Shown here one piece after another: positions 36,421 through 50,511 of a stretch of 64,000 bases of DNA. The DNA is taken from the NCBI RefSeq assembly GCF_030028105.1, contig NC_092377.1, positions 4,717,079 through 4,781,078 on the forward strand, written 5' to 3'. Source of the stretch: Mobula birostris (taxonomy: Eukaryota). Position 1 is the stretch's first letter. Each line of letters starts with the position of its first letter. A program made the translations under genes and the position numbers. The notes under the pieces are model-generated. The model was given only the letters and a program-made list of their open reading frames with translations. It searched no databases and was not told the DNA's origin.

Positions 36421-39400
36421 TCAAAGAAAGAAGTCTGAGAATCGGAGCGGAAGTGCGGAGGAAGCCATTTTTGATTTTTCGTTTTTTTTTCCATCGGCGT
36501 TCAGAGAGGCGGGACTGCGCAGGCGTGTAACGTCAGGCAGTGAAGCGCGGAAGATTTAAAAGGAACAGAGCCTCATACAGCGGGCAGCATAGTTTGCGGG
36601 TGGAGGAGTGAGCCGGGAGCAGAGTGAGGGCTTAAGGGCTTTGGCTCAACGGGCTTAGGCGGAAATGGGCGAGGCGAGGAATGTTTGGTATTCATTTTTT
36701 GTTGCTATTTGAGGAGAGGGGCAGTATGAGTGTGAGGGCAGTTTGTTGTTCCCGGTGCCGGATGTGGGATGCCCTGGAGTCTCTAAGCCTCCCAGACGTC
36801 CACATCTGCGCCAGGTGCGCTGAGATGCAGCTCCTAAGGGACCGCGTTAGGGAACTGGAGCTGCAGCTCGATGACCTTCATCTGGTGAGGGAGAGTGAGG
36901 AGTTGATAGAGAAATGTTACAGGCAGGTGGTCACACCGGGGCCACGGGAAGCAGACAAGTGGGTCACGGTTAGGAGGGGGAAGGGGAAGAATCAGATAAT
37001 AGAGAGTACCCCGGTGGCTGTGCCCCTTAACAATAGGTACTCCTGTTTGAGTACTGTTGGGGGGGACAGCTTACCTGGGGGAAGCGACAGTGGCCGTTCT
37101 TCCGGCACAGGGTCCGGCCCTGTAGCTCAGAAGGGTAGGGAAAGGAAGAGGAGGGCAGTTGTAATAGGGGACTCGATAGTAAGGGGGTCAGATAGGCGAT
37201 TCTGTGGACGCAGTCCAGAGACCCGGATGGTAGTTTGCCTCCCTGGTGCCAGGGTCCGGGATATTTCTGTCCAAGATATCTTGAAGTGGAAGGGTGAGGA
37301 GCCAGAGGTTGTGGTACATATAGGTACCAATGACATAGGTAGGAAAAGGGAAGAGGTCCTGAAGGGAGCATATAGGAAGTTAGGAAGGGAGTTGAGAAAA
37401 AGGACCGCAAAGGTAGTAATCTCGGGATTACTGCCTGTGCCACATGACAGTGAGAGTAGGAATGCGATGAGGTGGCGGGTAAATGCGTGGCTGAGGGATT
37501 GGAGCAGGGGGCAGGGATTTAAGTTTTTGGATCATTGGGACCTCTTTTGGCGCAGGTGTGCCCTGTACAAAAAGGATGGGTTACACTTGGATCCTAGGGT
37601 GACAATATCCTGGCAGGGAGATTTGCGAGGGTTACTGAGGTGACTTTAAACTAGAATGGTTGGGGGGTGGGAATCAAATTAAAGAGACTAGGAGAGAGGA
37701 GGTTAGTTCACAACACGGGGATGGGAACCAGTGAAGAGAGACAGAGGGGTGTAAAATAAGGGTAGAAGCAAAAAGTAGTAAGGTGAAAAGTAAAAGTGGC
37801 AGGCAGGCAAATCCAGGGCAAAAATCAAAAAGGGCCACTTTTCAGCATAATTGTATAAGGGCTAAGAGAGTTGTAAAAGAGCGCCTGAAGGCTTTGTGTG
37901 TCAATGCAAGGAGCATTCGTAATAAGGTGGATGAATTGAAAGTGCAGATTGTTATTAATGAATATGATATAGTTGGGATCACAGAGACGTGGCTCCAGGG
38001 TGACCAAGGATGGGAGCTCAACATTCAGGGATATTCAATATTCAGGAGGGATAGGCATGAACCAGAAGGAGGTGGGGTAGCATTGCTGGTTAGAGAGGAG
38101 ATTAACGCAATCAAAAGGAAGGACATTAACCGGGAGGATGTGGAATCGATATGGGTAGAGCTGCGTAACACTAAGGGGCAGAAAACGCTGGTGGGAATTG
38201 TGTACAGGCCACCTAACAGTAGTAGTGAGGTTGGGGATGGTATTAAACAGGAAATTAGAAATGTGTGCAATAAAGGAACAGCAGTTATAATGGGTGACTT
38301 CAATCTACATATAGATTGGGTGAACTAATTTGGTAAGGGTGCTGAGGAAGAGGATTTCTTGGAATGTATGCGGGATGGTTTTTTGAACCAGCATGTCGAG
38401 GAACCAACTAGAGAGCAGGCTATTCTAGACTGGGTATTCAGCAATGAGGAAGGGTTAATTAGAAGTCTTGTCATGAGAGGCCCCTTGGGTAAGAGTGACC
38501 ATAATATGGTGAAATTCTTCATCAAGATGGAGAGTGACATAGTTAATTCAGAAACAAAGGTTCTGAACTTAAAGAAGGGTAACTTTGAAGGTATGAGACG
38601 TGAATTAGCTAAGATAGACTGGCAAATGACACTTAAAGGATTGACGGTGGATATGCAATGGCAAGCATTTAAAGATTGCATGGATGAACTACAACAATTG
38701 CTCATCCCAGTTTAGCAAAAGAATAAATCAAGGAAGGTAGTGCATCCGTGGCTGACAAGGGAAATGAGGGATAGTATCAATTCCAAAGAAGAAGCATACA
38801 AATTAGCCAGAAAAAGTGGCTCACCTGAGGACTGAGAGAAATTCAGAGTTCAGCAGAGGAGGATAAAGGGCTTACTTAGGAAGGGGAAAAAAGATTATGA
38901 AAGAAAACTGGCAAGGAACATAAAAACTGACTGTAAAAGCTTTTATATATATGTGAAAAGAAAAAGATTGGTTAAGACAAATGTAGGTCCCCTACAGACA
39001 GAAACAGGTGAATTGATTATGGGGAGCAAGGACATGGCAGACCAATTGAATAACTACTTTGGTTCTGTCTTCACTAAGGAGGACATAAATAATCTTCTGG
39101 AAATAGTAGGGGACAGAAGATCCAGTGAGGTGGAGGAACTGAGGGAAATACATGTTAGTAGGGAAGTGGTGTTAGGTAAATTGAAGGGATTAAAGGCAGA
39201 TAAATCCCCAGGGCCAGATGGTCTGCATCCCAGAGTGCTTAAGGAAGTAGCCCAAGAAACAGTGGATGCATTAGTGATAATTTTTCAAAACTCTTTAGAT
39301 TCTGGACTAGTTCCTGAGGAATGGAGGGTGGCTAATGTAACCCCACTTTTTAAAAAAGGAGGGAGAGAGAAACCGGGGAATTACAGACCGGTTAGCCTGA

Positions 39401-40789
39401 CATCGGTGGTGGGGAAACTGCTAGAGTCAGTTATCAAAGATGTGATAATAGCACATTTGGAAAGCGGTGAAATCATCGACAAAGTCAGCATGGATTTGTG
39501 AAAGGAAAATCATGTCTGACGAATCTCATAGAATTTTTTGAGGATGTAACTAGTAGAGTGGATAGGGGAGAACCAGTGGATGTGGTATATTTGGATTTTC
39601 AAAAGGCTTTTGACAAGGTCCCACACAGGAGATTAGAGTGCAAACTTAAAGCACACGGTATTAGGGGTAAGGTATTGATGTGGCTAGAGAATTGGTTGGC
39701 AGACAGGAAGCAAAGAGTGGGAATAAACGGGACCTTTTCAGAATGGCAGGCAGTGACTAGTGGGGTACCGCAAGGCTCAGTGCTGGGACCCCAGTTGTTT
39801 ACAATATATATTAATGACTTGGATGAGGGAATTAAATGCAGCATCTCCAAGTTTACGGATGACACGAAGCTGGGCGGCAGTGTTAGCTGTGAGGAGGATG
39901 CTAAGAGGATGCAGGGTGACTTGGATAGGTTGGGTGAGTGGGCAAATTCATGGCAGATGCAATTTAATGTGGATAAATGTGAGGTTATCCACTTTGGTGG
40001 CAAAAACAGGAAAACAGATTATTATCTGAATGGTGGCCGATTAGGAAAAGGGGAGGTGCAATGAGACCTGGGTGTCATTATTCACCAGTCATTGAAAGTG
40101 GGCATGCAGGTACAGCAGGCAGTGAAAAAGGTGAATGGTATGCTGGCATTCATAGCAAGAGGATTCGAGTATAGGAGCAGGGAGGTACTACTGCAGTTGT
40201 ACAAGGCCTTCGAGAGACCACACCTGGAGTATTGTGTACAGTTTTGGTCCCCTAATCTGACGAAAGACATCCTTGCCATAGAGGGAGTAAAAAGAAGGTT
40301 CACCAGATTGATTCCTGGGATGGCAGGACTTTCATATGATGAAAGACTGGATCAACTAGGCTTATACTCATTGGAATTTAGAAGATTGAGGGGGGATCTT
40401 ATTGAAATGTATAAAATCCTAAAGGGATTGGACAGGCTAGATTCAGGAAGATTGTTCCCGATGTTGGGGAAGTCCAGAACGAGGGGTCACAGTTTGAGGA
40501 TAAAGGGGAAGCCTTTTAGGACCGAAATGAGGAGAAACTTCTTCACACAGGGAGTGGTGAATCTGTTGAATTTCCTGCCACAGGAAACAGTTGAGGCCAG
40601 TTCATTGGCTATATTTAAGAGGGAGTTAGATATGGCCCCTGTGGCTAAAGGGATCAGGGGGTATGGAGGAAAGGCTGGTACAGGGTTCTGAGTTGGATGA
40701 TCAACCATGAACATACTGAATGGCGGTGCCGACTCGAAGGGCCGAATGGCCTACTCCTGCACCTATTTTCTATGTTTCTATGTTTCTAT
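36421..40789 (+). mobile_element. Full-length CR1 family B with ORF1 (zinc-binding motif + esterase) and ORF2, inactivated by stops and frameshifts
   Basis: 5' UTR, ORF 36681-37643 (CSRC...CARC; GDSIVRG; HIGTND), ORF2 pieces from 37783 to 40691, TTTCTATG tail. Confidence 0.95.
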
Positions 40790-41465
40790 CTTTCTCCCTC
40801 TTGAGATTATCGAGGACTCAATCTAAGATATCATGGACCTTGGCACCAGGGTGGCAAGAAACCATCCTGGATTCTCGATCTCTTCCACAGAACCTGTTAT
40901 CTGTCCCCCTAACTATCGAATCCCCTATCACTGCTGCTCTCCTCTTTTCCCTCTTTCCCTTCTGAGTTGAGGGTCCCATCTCGGTGAAAGAGACACCACC
41001 ACAGCAACTTGTCCCTGGTAGGGCTGGAGGCAGGATCTTGCCTGACAAGTCTGTTGGATTTCTTCGAAGAAATAACAAGCAGGATAGATATTGGAGAATC
41101 GGTTGATGTCGTGCACCTGGATTTTCAGAAGGCCTTTGATAAGGTGCCACACATGAGGCTGCTGAACAAGATAAGAGCCCATGGGATATATATTAGCATG
41201 AATAGAGCATTAGCTGCCAGTGACTAGCTGTGTACCGGAGAGGTCAGTATTGGGACCACTTTTCCGTATGTCGTATGGCAATGGTTTGGATGATAGAATT
41301 GATGGTCTTGTGACCAGGTTTGTGGACAATACAAAGACAGGTGGAGGGCTAAGGAGTGCTGGGGAAGCAGACAGTCTGCAAAAGGACTTAACAGATTAGG
41401 AAGTTTGAGTCTGTGGTGAGGATGGCACATGCGAGGACTGGAATAAAAAAGCAAGGAAGTAATGC

Positions 41466-42457
41466 TGAGGGGATCCAGGAGTGCCCCTGCTAACTGTTTG
41501 AAGAGAGACAGAGAGAGACATTCATCATTGATGGTTTATTTGGAAAGGAGAGAGAGACAGAGTTATTTATCACTGATATGTTGCTTTTGAAAAGAGAGAG
41601 AGACAAAGATCAATGGTTGGACTGTCACTTTAAGGCATTGGAAGTAACTTTGGATTTTACTGAGTTTGGAGTTGGAAACAGTACCGAGCAGCTTGTAAGT
41701 TGCTATGGTGACCGAAGGCGGTGTTATTTAATGGACACTCCATATTATGATTTTCAGCAGGTTGTTGATACTTCTTCAAGGACTTGTTGCCTGCTTTTGC
41801 ATTTCCTTTACAGACAAAGGAAGGAGGGGCTCTTTGAATGACAGGTGATGCTCAGCACAGAGAAATAAATGGGAGGTCAGATGACACAGACCTCAGACAC
41901 ATGATCTGGACACTGAATGAGCATTGTTGTGGCCGCAGGAGAGTGGGTTTTGGAGGATTGATCAAGCGGATCGATCCAAATTGTCATTCCACCGGTGAAG
42001 AAGGGGTTGACTGGTGGGGAGTTGTCTATGTGTCCACCCTTGCCAGGGTGATAGCTCCACCACAGGAAGACCGGTCCCCCGGTTAAAGTCACAGTCGGTG
42101 ACTTGTAAAGGATTTCGGAGGACGACGAGAAGATCGATGGCATCAGCTCACCTGAAGACTCAACTCTCTCTCTCTCTCTCTCTCCATCACTATTCAACTA
42201 AATAACACGAAGTGAACTGAACTGAACTTTACTCAACATCGTAAGTCTGTATCTTTTTACCCCTAGACTTAAAGAAGCTTGGTTTTCATACATATATATT
42301 CCACACTTACTTTTATATATAATCATTGCTAACCTGTTTGATTTATCTACATTTATATTACTGTATTGCATAGATATTATTAGTTAATAGCAATACTGGA
42401 CTCCAAAGTGTTTTCCATCTCTGCTGGTTCTTTATTCCCGTCATGGGGTACGTGACA
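41466..42457 (+). mobile_element. Solo LTR inserted in a CR1
   Basis: Ends GGGGTACGTGACA; same family as 51154-51949; flanked by TAATGC (extends to TAATGCTGAGG). Confidence 0.8.
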
Positions 42458-43049
42458 TAATGCTGAGGCATTACAAGGCACTGCTGGGGCCGCACTCAGA
42501 GTATTGTGAGTGGTCTTGTGTTCCTTATGTCAGAAAGGATGTGCTGGCATTGGAGAGGGTTCAAAGGAGGCTCACGAAAGTGATTCCAGAAATGAAATGA
42601 TTATCAGATGATGAGAGTTTGATGGTTCTGAGCCTGTACTCGCTGGAATTTAGGAGTATGAGGTGGAATCACATTGAATACTATCGAATAAATGGCAGAG
42701 TTTCGAGCCAGGTTTCACTGAGTTAGGCAATCCACAGAAGGGGTGTGTGAAAGGAGCTACTTTTTAAACTGTGTAAAAGCCAAAGAAAGGGCAGATAAGG
42801 TAGCAGAAGTCATTCTGCTAATTCTGCTCATATGTCTTATGGCCTTAATCAGGCGGTGTTCAAGATTTCTAAGGCAGAGTTTTGTGGCAGAGTCTCTGAG
42901 TTGAGGAGCAACCAATCTGCAAGAAGCTTTCATTAGAAAGTGGGAATATAATTCATCCAGATGTAAGCAGAGCAGCTATTCTTGAAGTGGTTATTGTTCT
43001 GGAGTGGCCTTGGCTCATCAGGCTTAGGTGAGATCAGGTTTTGCTGATG

Positions 43050-46000
43050 TAGATTGTCTTGTAAATTACTTTCTCTCTGTTTTTATTTCTTTATTCCTCA
43101 TCTATTAGTGCATAGTATAGAAAATGGCTCCAGGATCTGGGTTTTGTATGCAGGCAGGATATAGGAAGTCTGGGAGACCTCCAATCACCTGGATTAACAC
43201 GCCCGCACGAGGTGCACCAAGCTGCAGCTCCTGAGAGAATATATTAAGGAACTGGAGCTGTAGCTCAGTGACCTTCGACTGATACGGGAGAATGAGGAGG
43301 TGACAGACAGGAGCTATAGGGAGGTAGTCACCCCTAGCTTGCAGGAGACAGGTAACAGGGTGACAGTCAGAAGAAGGAGGGGAAATGCACAGCCATTGAA
43401 GAATACACTTGTGGCTGTTCAGTTCAAAAATATTTACATTTAGATACAATTGAGGAGATCATTCTACCATGGTGGTGGGGTGGGGGAGCCACAGTGACCG
43501 GGTCTCTGGCACTGAGTCTGATGCTGTGACTCAGAAGAGCAGAGAGGTGAAGAGGACTGCAGTGTTGATAGGAGATGCCTTAGTCAGAGGAACAGAGACA
43601 AGGTTCAGTGGCCGCGACAGAGACACTGGGACGGTATGTTGCCTCCCTGGTGCCAGGATCAGGGACGGCTCGGATCATGACCACAGCATTCTCAAGGGTG
43701 AGTGTGAGCAGTCAGAAGTCTTGATACATATTGGCACCAATGACTCAGGTAGACAAGGTGAGGAGGTCTTGAAGAAAGGTTTTGGGGAGCTAGATAGAAA
43801 GCTGAGAAACAGGACCTCCAGAGCAGTACTTTTAGATTTCTACCTGTGCCACAAGCCACTGAAGGGAAGAATAGGATGATCTGGCAGGTGAATGCATGGC
43901 TGAGGAACTGGTGCATGGGGCAGGGTTTCAGATTCATGGATTACTGGGATCTCTTCTGGGCAAAGTATTCCCTGTACAAAAGGGACAGCAAGGGGGTCCA
44001 ATATCCTTGTGGGCAGTTTGGTTAGACTTGTCTGCATTGATCGAAGCTAATGGCAGTGTAATGGGAACTGGAGTGACAGTGCTGAAGATGAGGTAGTTGG
44101 TTTACAAAGAGAGGCAATGTATGGTGAGACTCCTAGCGAAGAGAGGCTGATGATAGGGGAAAATTATAGTCAACAGGATGAGTTGTAACGTAAGAGGTGG
44201 ACAAAATTTAAAAAGGTGAACAGAGAACTTAAGGTGTTACATTTTAATGCAGCTGTATACAGAATAAGGTAGATGAACTTGCAGCACAGTTACAGATTGG
44301 CAATTATGATGATGTAGGCATCACTGAATCATGGCTGAAAGAAGATTATAGCTGGGAGTTTAATGTCCAAGGATACAAATTGTATCAAAAGGACAGGCAG
44401 GAAGGCAGAGTGGATGGCGTTGGTCTGTTGGTAAAAAATGAAATTACATCATTAGAAAGGGTGGAAAGGTGTTGCATCATTGTGGATAGAGGTAAGGAAC
44501 TGCAAGGTCAAACAGATCCTGTTGGGGTTTATAACAGACCACAAAAGAGTAGGAAGGACGTGCCCTACAAATTACAACAGCAGATATAAACTGCATGCTG
44601 AACGGCAATGTTACAATAGTCATGGGGTCCTCAATATGCAGGTAGACTGGGAAAGTCAGGCTGGTTTGGTGCAGGATTCCATGAGGGGGAATTGCTAAAA
44701 TGACTACAGGGTAGTTTTTTAGTGCAGCTCGTGGTTGAGCCCAATGTGGATTCAGCTATTCTGGATTGGGTATTGTGCAATAAATCAGAATTGATGAGAC
44801 AACTTAAGGTAAAAGAATCCTTAGGGGAAAGTGACTATAATACGATCAAATTCACCCTGAAATTTGACAACATAATGGCCAAAGTGAGGGCATGTAACAC
44901 AGCAAAAATTAGTGGGCAGTTAGAGGATTGGGAAGCTTTTAAATACCAAAGAAGGCAACTAAAAAAGTCATTAAGAAGGTGAAGATGGAATATGAAAGTA
45001 TGCCAGCTAATAATATTAATGAGGATACCAAAAGTATCTTTGGATACATGAAGTGTAAAAGAGAGGCAAGAGTGTATATTGGACCGCTGGAAAAAGATGC
45101 TGGACAGGTAGTAATGAGGGACAAGGAAATGGTGGATGGACTGAATAAGTATTTTGCATCAGTGTTCACTGTGAAAGACGCTAACAGTACAGTGGACGTT
45201 CCAGGTGTCAGGGGTCATGAAGTCCGTGAAGTTACCATTACTAGGGAGAAGGTTCTTCAGAATCTGGGAGGTCTGAAGATAGATAAGTCACCTGGACCAA
45301 ATGGTGTACACCCCAGGGTTCTGAAAGAGGTGGCTGAAGTGATTGTGGAGGAATTAGTAATGATATTTCAAGGATCACTAGATTCTGGAATGGTTCCAGA
45401 AGGCTGGTAATTTGCAAATGTCGCTCTACTCTTCAAGAGGAAAGAGGAAGAAGAAAGGAAATGATAAACCAGTTAATTTGACAGTGGTTGGGAAAATGTT
45501 GGATTTGATGGTCAAGGATGTGGTTTCAGGGTACTTGGAGGCACTGGACAAATAGGCCATAATCAGCTTGGTTTCCAGAAGGAAAAATCTTGCATGACAA
45601 ATCTGTTGGAATTCTTTGAAGAAATAAAAAGTAGGATGAACAAAGAAGAATTGGTTGATGTGTGTACCTACATTTTCAGAAGGCCTTTGACAAGGTGCCA
45701 TACATGAGGATGCTTTACAAGCTACAAGCCCATGGTATTACAGGAAAGATTCTAGCATGGATAAAGTGATGGCTGATTGGCAGGAGGTAATGACTGGGAG
45801 TCAAGGGAGCCTTTGCTGGTCGGCTGCTGGTGACTAGTGGTGTTCCATAGGGTCTGTGTTGGGACCTATTCATTTTACGTTATATGTCAATGATTTGGAT
45901 CATGGAATAGATGACTTTCTTGCAAAGTTTGTGACGATATAAAGATAGATGGAAGGGCAGATAGTATTGAGGAGAAAGAGAAGCTACAGAAGGACTTAGA

Positions 46001-46890
46001 TTAGGAGAATGGGCAAAGGATTGGCAGATGGAATACAGTGTCAGGAATTGTATGGTCATGCACTGGTAGAAAAAATAAAAGGGTTGACTATTTTCAAAGT
46101 GAAGAGAATATACTGAGGTGCAAAGGGACTTGGTAGTCCTTGTGCAGGATACCCTAAACATGAATTTGCAGGTTGAATCTGTGGTGAGGAAGGCAAATGT
46201 AATGTTATTATTCATTTCAAGAGGATTGTAATATAAAGTGTGTATACTACTGGTGACTGTGGTGGAGGCAGATACAACAGGGTCTTCTAGGAAATTCTAA
46301 GAGCTTAGAATAATAGAGGGCTATGTGGTAGGGAAATTCTAGGCAGTTTCTAGAATAGGTTACATGGTCTTCACAACATTGTGGGCTGAAGGGCCTGTAA
46401 TGTGTTGTAAATTTCTATGTTCTATAAAGGCAAGGATGTAATGTTGAGACTTCATAAAGGACTGGTGAGGCCTCTCCTGGAGTATTTTGAGCAACTTGGG
46501 CTCCTTATCTTAGGATGAATATGCTGAAACTGGAGACGGGTTCAAGAGAGTTTCACAAAAATGATTCCAAGATTGAACGGCTTATCATATGAAAAGCACT
46601 TGCTGGCTCTGGACCTGTATTCACTGCAAATCGGAAGAATGAGCGGTGACCTCATTGAAACCGATGAAATGGCTAAAGGTCCTGACAGAGTGGATGTGGA
46701 GAGGATGTTTCCTATGGTGTGAGCGTCAAAGAGCAGAGGATACAGCCTTAGAATAGAGGCATGTCCTTTTAGAATGGTGATGAGGAAGAATTTCTTTAAC
46801 CAGAGAGTAGTGAATCTGTTGCCACAGACAGCTGTGAAGGATGTCATTATGTTTATTTAAGCAGAGGTTGACAAAATCTTGTTCGATCGT
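43050..46890 (+). mobile_element. Old, decayed near full-length CR1
   Basis: ORF1 remnants (LIGDALVRG, HIGTND) followed by fragmented ORF2. Confidence 0.85.
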
Positions 46891-47499
46891 AAGAACATAA
46901 GAAATAGAAGTAGGAGTCGGCCGTTTGGCCCATCGAGCCTGCCCCACCAGTCAATAAGATCATGGCTGATCTGACCATGGACTCATCTCCACCTACCTGC
47001 CTTTAATTGCCCCGTTATGCAAAAATCTATCCAACCTTGTCTTAAATATATTTACTAAGGTAACCTCCACTGCTTCATTGGGCAGAGAATTCCAAAGATT
47101 CACCGCTCTCTGGGAAAAGCAGTTCCTCCTCATCTCTGTCCTAAATCTGCTCCCTCAAACCTTGAGGCTACGTCTCCTAGTTCAAGTCTCACCTACCAGT
47201 GGAAACAACTTCCCTGCCTCTATCTTAACTGTCCTTTACATAAGTTTATACATTTCTATAAGATCTCCTCTCTTTCTTCTGAATTCCAAAGAGTACAGTA
47301 CCAGGTAACTCAATCTCTCCTCATAGCCTAACCCCCCTCATCTCCAGAATCAACCTGGTGAACCTCCTCTGCACTGGTCAGGGCATGAAGGGATACGGAG
47401 GGAAGTCAAGAGATTGGGGCTGAGAGAAAAAATGGATCAGCCGTAATGAAATGATAGAGCAGACTCTATAGTCCAAATGGCCTAATTATGCTCATGTAT

Positions 47500-48660
47500 C
47501 TTATGGCCTTATAGTCTTAACATATCTGTAGAATCCCCTAGGATTTCTCTTCACCTTGTCTGCTCAAGCAACTTCATGTCTTCTTTTAGCTTTCCTGATT
47601 TTTTCTTCAGTATTCTCTTGAATTTCTTGTACTCCATGAGTATCTCATTTGTTCCAACTTGCCTACACCTGCAATGCGTCTCCTTTTTTTCTCTCAACCA
47701 GGGCATCAATATCTCTTGAAAACCAGGATTCCCTCCCCTTGTTATCTTTAACTTTTATTCTGACAGGCACATACAAGATTTCTACTCTCAAAACTTTGTT
47801 TTTGAAGGCCTCCCACTAACCAAGTACACCTTTGCCAGAAAGTAGCCAGTCCCAATCCACACTTGCCAGATCATTTCTGATACCATCAAAATTGGTCTTT
47901 CTCCAGTTTAGAATCTCAACCCGCCAGACCTATCCTTTTGCATTTTTGCTTTGAAACTAACAGCATTGTGATCACTAGATGCAAAGTGTTTTGTTACACA
48001 AATTTCTGTCACCTGCCCTGTCTCATTCCCTAACAGCGGATCCAGTATCGCACACTCTCTCATTGTGACTTCTACACGGATGAAGGCAGTTTGTCTGAAC
48101 ACATTTCTTGCAAGAGTCTGCGATCTCTTTATGAATTTGTTCCTCTAAATTCCTAGGACTGTTGGGTGGTCTGTAATATAACCCCATTAACGTGGTCAAA
48201 CCTTTCTTATTTCCCAGTTCCACACATAACGCCTAGCTAGATGAGTTCTTGTCTGTCCTGACAAAGTACTGAGTGACATTTTCCCTGAATAATAACTCCA
48301 CTCCTGCTCCTTTAACCCTGCCCACTCTGTCATGATTAGAACAATGGAACCCAAGAATATTGAGCTGCCAGTCCCGCCCCTCCTGCAACCAAGTCTCTCT
48401 AATGGCTACAATATCATAAATCCAGGTGTTGATCCATGACCTGAGCTCATCCACCTTTCCTACAATACTTCCTGCATTGAAATATGTGCATCTCAGGACA
48501 CCACTCGCACAATGCTCAACCTATTCATTACCGACTTTGTGTGAGATCTTACGAATATCTGCCTCCACAACCTCTCCACGAACTGTCTGACACTCCAGTT
48601 CCAAACTGCCTGCAACTCTAGTTTAATCCCCACCATGCAGTATTAGTAAACCTTCCCGCT
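47500..48660 (-). mobile_element. CR1 endonuclease-region fragment
   Basis: MDELRSWINTWIYDIVAIRETWLQEG, MGLYYRPPNS. Confidence 0.8.
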
Positions 48661-49871
48661 GGGATATTAGTTCCCTACAGTTCAGCTTGCATTTCTTCAT
48701 TAGAATGTGATATGTCTGTGAGTCCACAGGTAGGCATTGAAAGCCTTTTGTTTTACATTTTGTTTCAGAGGTACATTTCATTTTTTTGAAATGTGGGTCA
48801 ACACAAGAAGCTTTGCTGAATTTCCAGCAGGAAAGAGCTAGAGCAAGGAATGCTGAATGGGTGGATTGGATGGGATTTTGCTTGTCAACTGAGAGGGAAA
48901 CTGGTCTGACTGTAGTGTGGAGAATGCTATAGAAAATGAATGTTGCCAGAGGTTATCACCAGATTCCAGTGTTAGTGGAGAGTAGAAATTTGGCAACATG
49001 GACATAGAAAAGGCAGAATGTCTATGAAACACGTTTGCAAAGAAATGTAGACTAGGCAATTTAGGGGAGGAGTATATTAAGAGACAATAGCATATTATGA
49101 TGGAGAATGGGAAGATTTGTCAGAAACGAGGTGATAGAGGGTCAAGAAAATGCTGAACCATTGTGGGTTAAGTTAAGAAACTGCAAGGGTTAAAAAAGCT
49201 TTATGGGAATAATATATAGGCCTCCAAATAGTGGCCAAGATGTAGGATTGAGATGGCAAAGGGAGCTGGAAAGGGCATGTAATAAGGGTCATGTCAAAAT
49301 TGTAATGGGTGGTCTTCAATATGCAAGGAGATTGGGGAAATCTGGTTGTCATAAGATATCAAGAGAGGAAATTTGGTGAATGCCTCTGAGGTGGCTAATT
49401 AGAGCAACTTGTGCTTGAGCCTACTTGGGAAAAGGTATGTTTGATTGGGTGTTCTGTAATAATCCAAGTTTTATTAGAGAAGCTTAAGGTAAAAGAACAC
49501 TTAGGAGCAGTGATCATAATATAGTTGAATTCATACTACAATTTGAGAAGGAGAAGCATACATCAAATGTATATGTATCACAATGGAAGAAAGCGTTTAA
49601 TTGGAGTAAGGGGGATATGAAGCTATCAGGCAGGAACTTGGAAGCATAAATTGGGAACAGATGTTCTCAGGGAAATGTACGGCAGAAATGTGGCAAATGT
49701 TCAGGGGATATTTGTGTGGCGTTCTGCATAGGTATGTTCCAATGAGACAGGGAAAGGGTGGTAGGGTACAGGAACTGTGGTGTACAAAGTCTGTTGAAAA
49801 TCTAGTCAAGAAGAAAAGAAAATCTTACAAAAGGTTGAACAAACTAGGTAATGAAAGAGATCTAGAAAATT

Positions 49872-50327
49872 GAGGGTAGCAGGCACCAACAGGATCAACA
49901 AACTCATTCGTAAGGCCAGTGATGTTGTGGGGATGGAACTGGACTCTCTGATGGTGGTGTCTGAAAAGAGGATGCTGTCCAAGTTGCATGCCATCTTGGA
50001 CAATGTCTCCCATCCACTACATAATGTACTGGTTGGGCACAGGAGTACATTCAACCAGAGACTCATTCCACCAAGATGCAACACAGAGCATCATAGGAAG
50101 TCATTCCTGCCTGTGGCCATCAAACTTTACAACTCCTCCCTTGGAGGGTCAGACACCCTGAGCCAATAGGCTGGTCCTGGACTTATTTCCTGGCATAATT
50201 TACATATTACTATTTAACTATTTATGGTTTTATTACTATTTAATTATTTATGGTACAACTGTAACAAAAACCAATTTCCCCTGGGATCAATAAAGTATGA
50301 CTATGACTATGACTATGAGGCAAGCAG
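49872..50327 (+). mobile_element. Rex1/Babar-type LINE 3' end with ATGACT-repeat tail, nested in CR1
   Basis: RINKLIRKASDVVGMELDS...HPLH...RKSFLPVAIKLYN; AATAAA then TATGAC repeats. Confidence 0.75.
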
Positions 50328-50511
50328 GAAATGAGTTTAAGAATGAAATTAGGAGACCTAGAAGGGTCCGTGAGAAGGCCTTGGCAATCAGGATTAAAGA
50401 AAACCCCAAGACATTCTGGAAGACACCCAGGTTAGTACTTAGTTGTGGGCATGTTATGTTGGTGATGGACGTATGGTGACACTTGTGGGATTCCCCAGCA
50501 CATCCTCGGAC

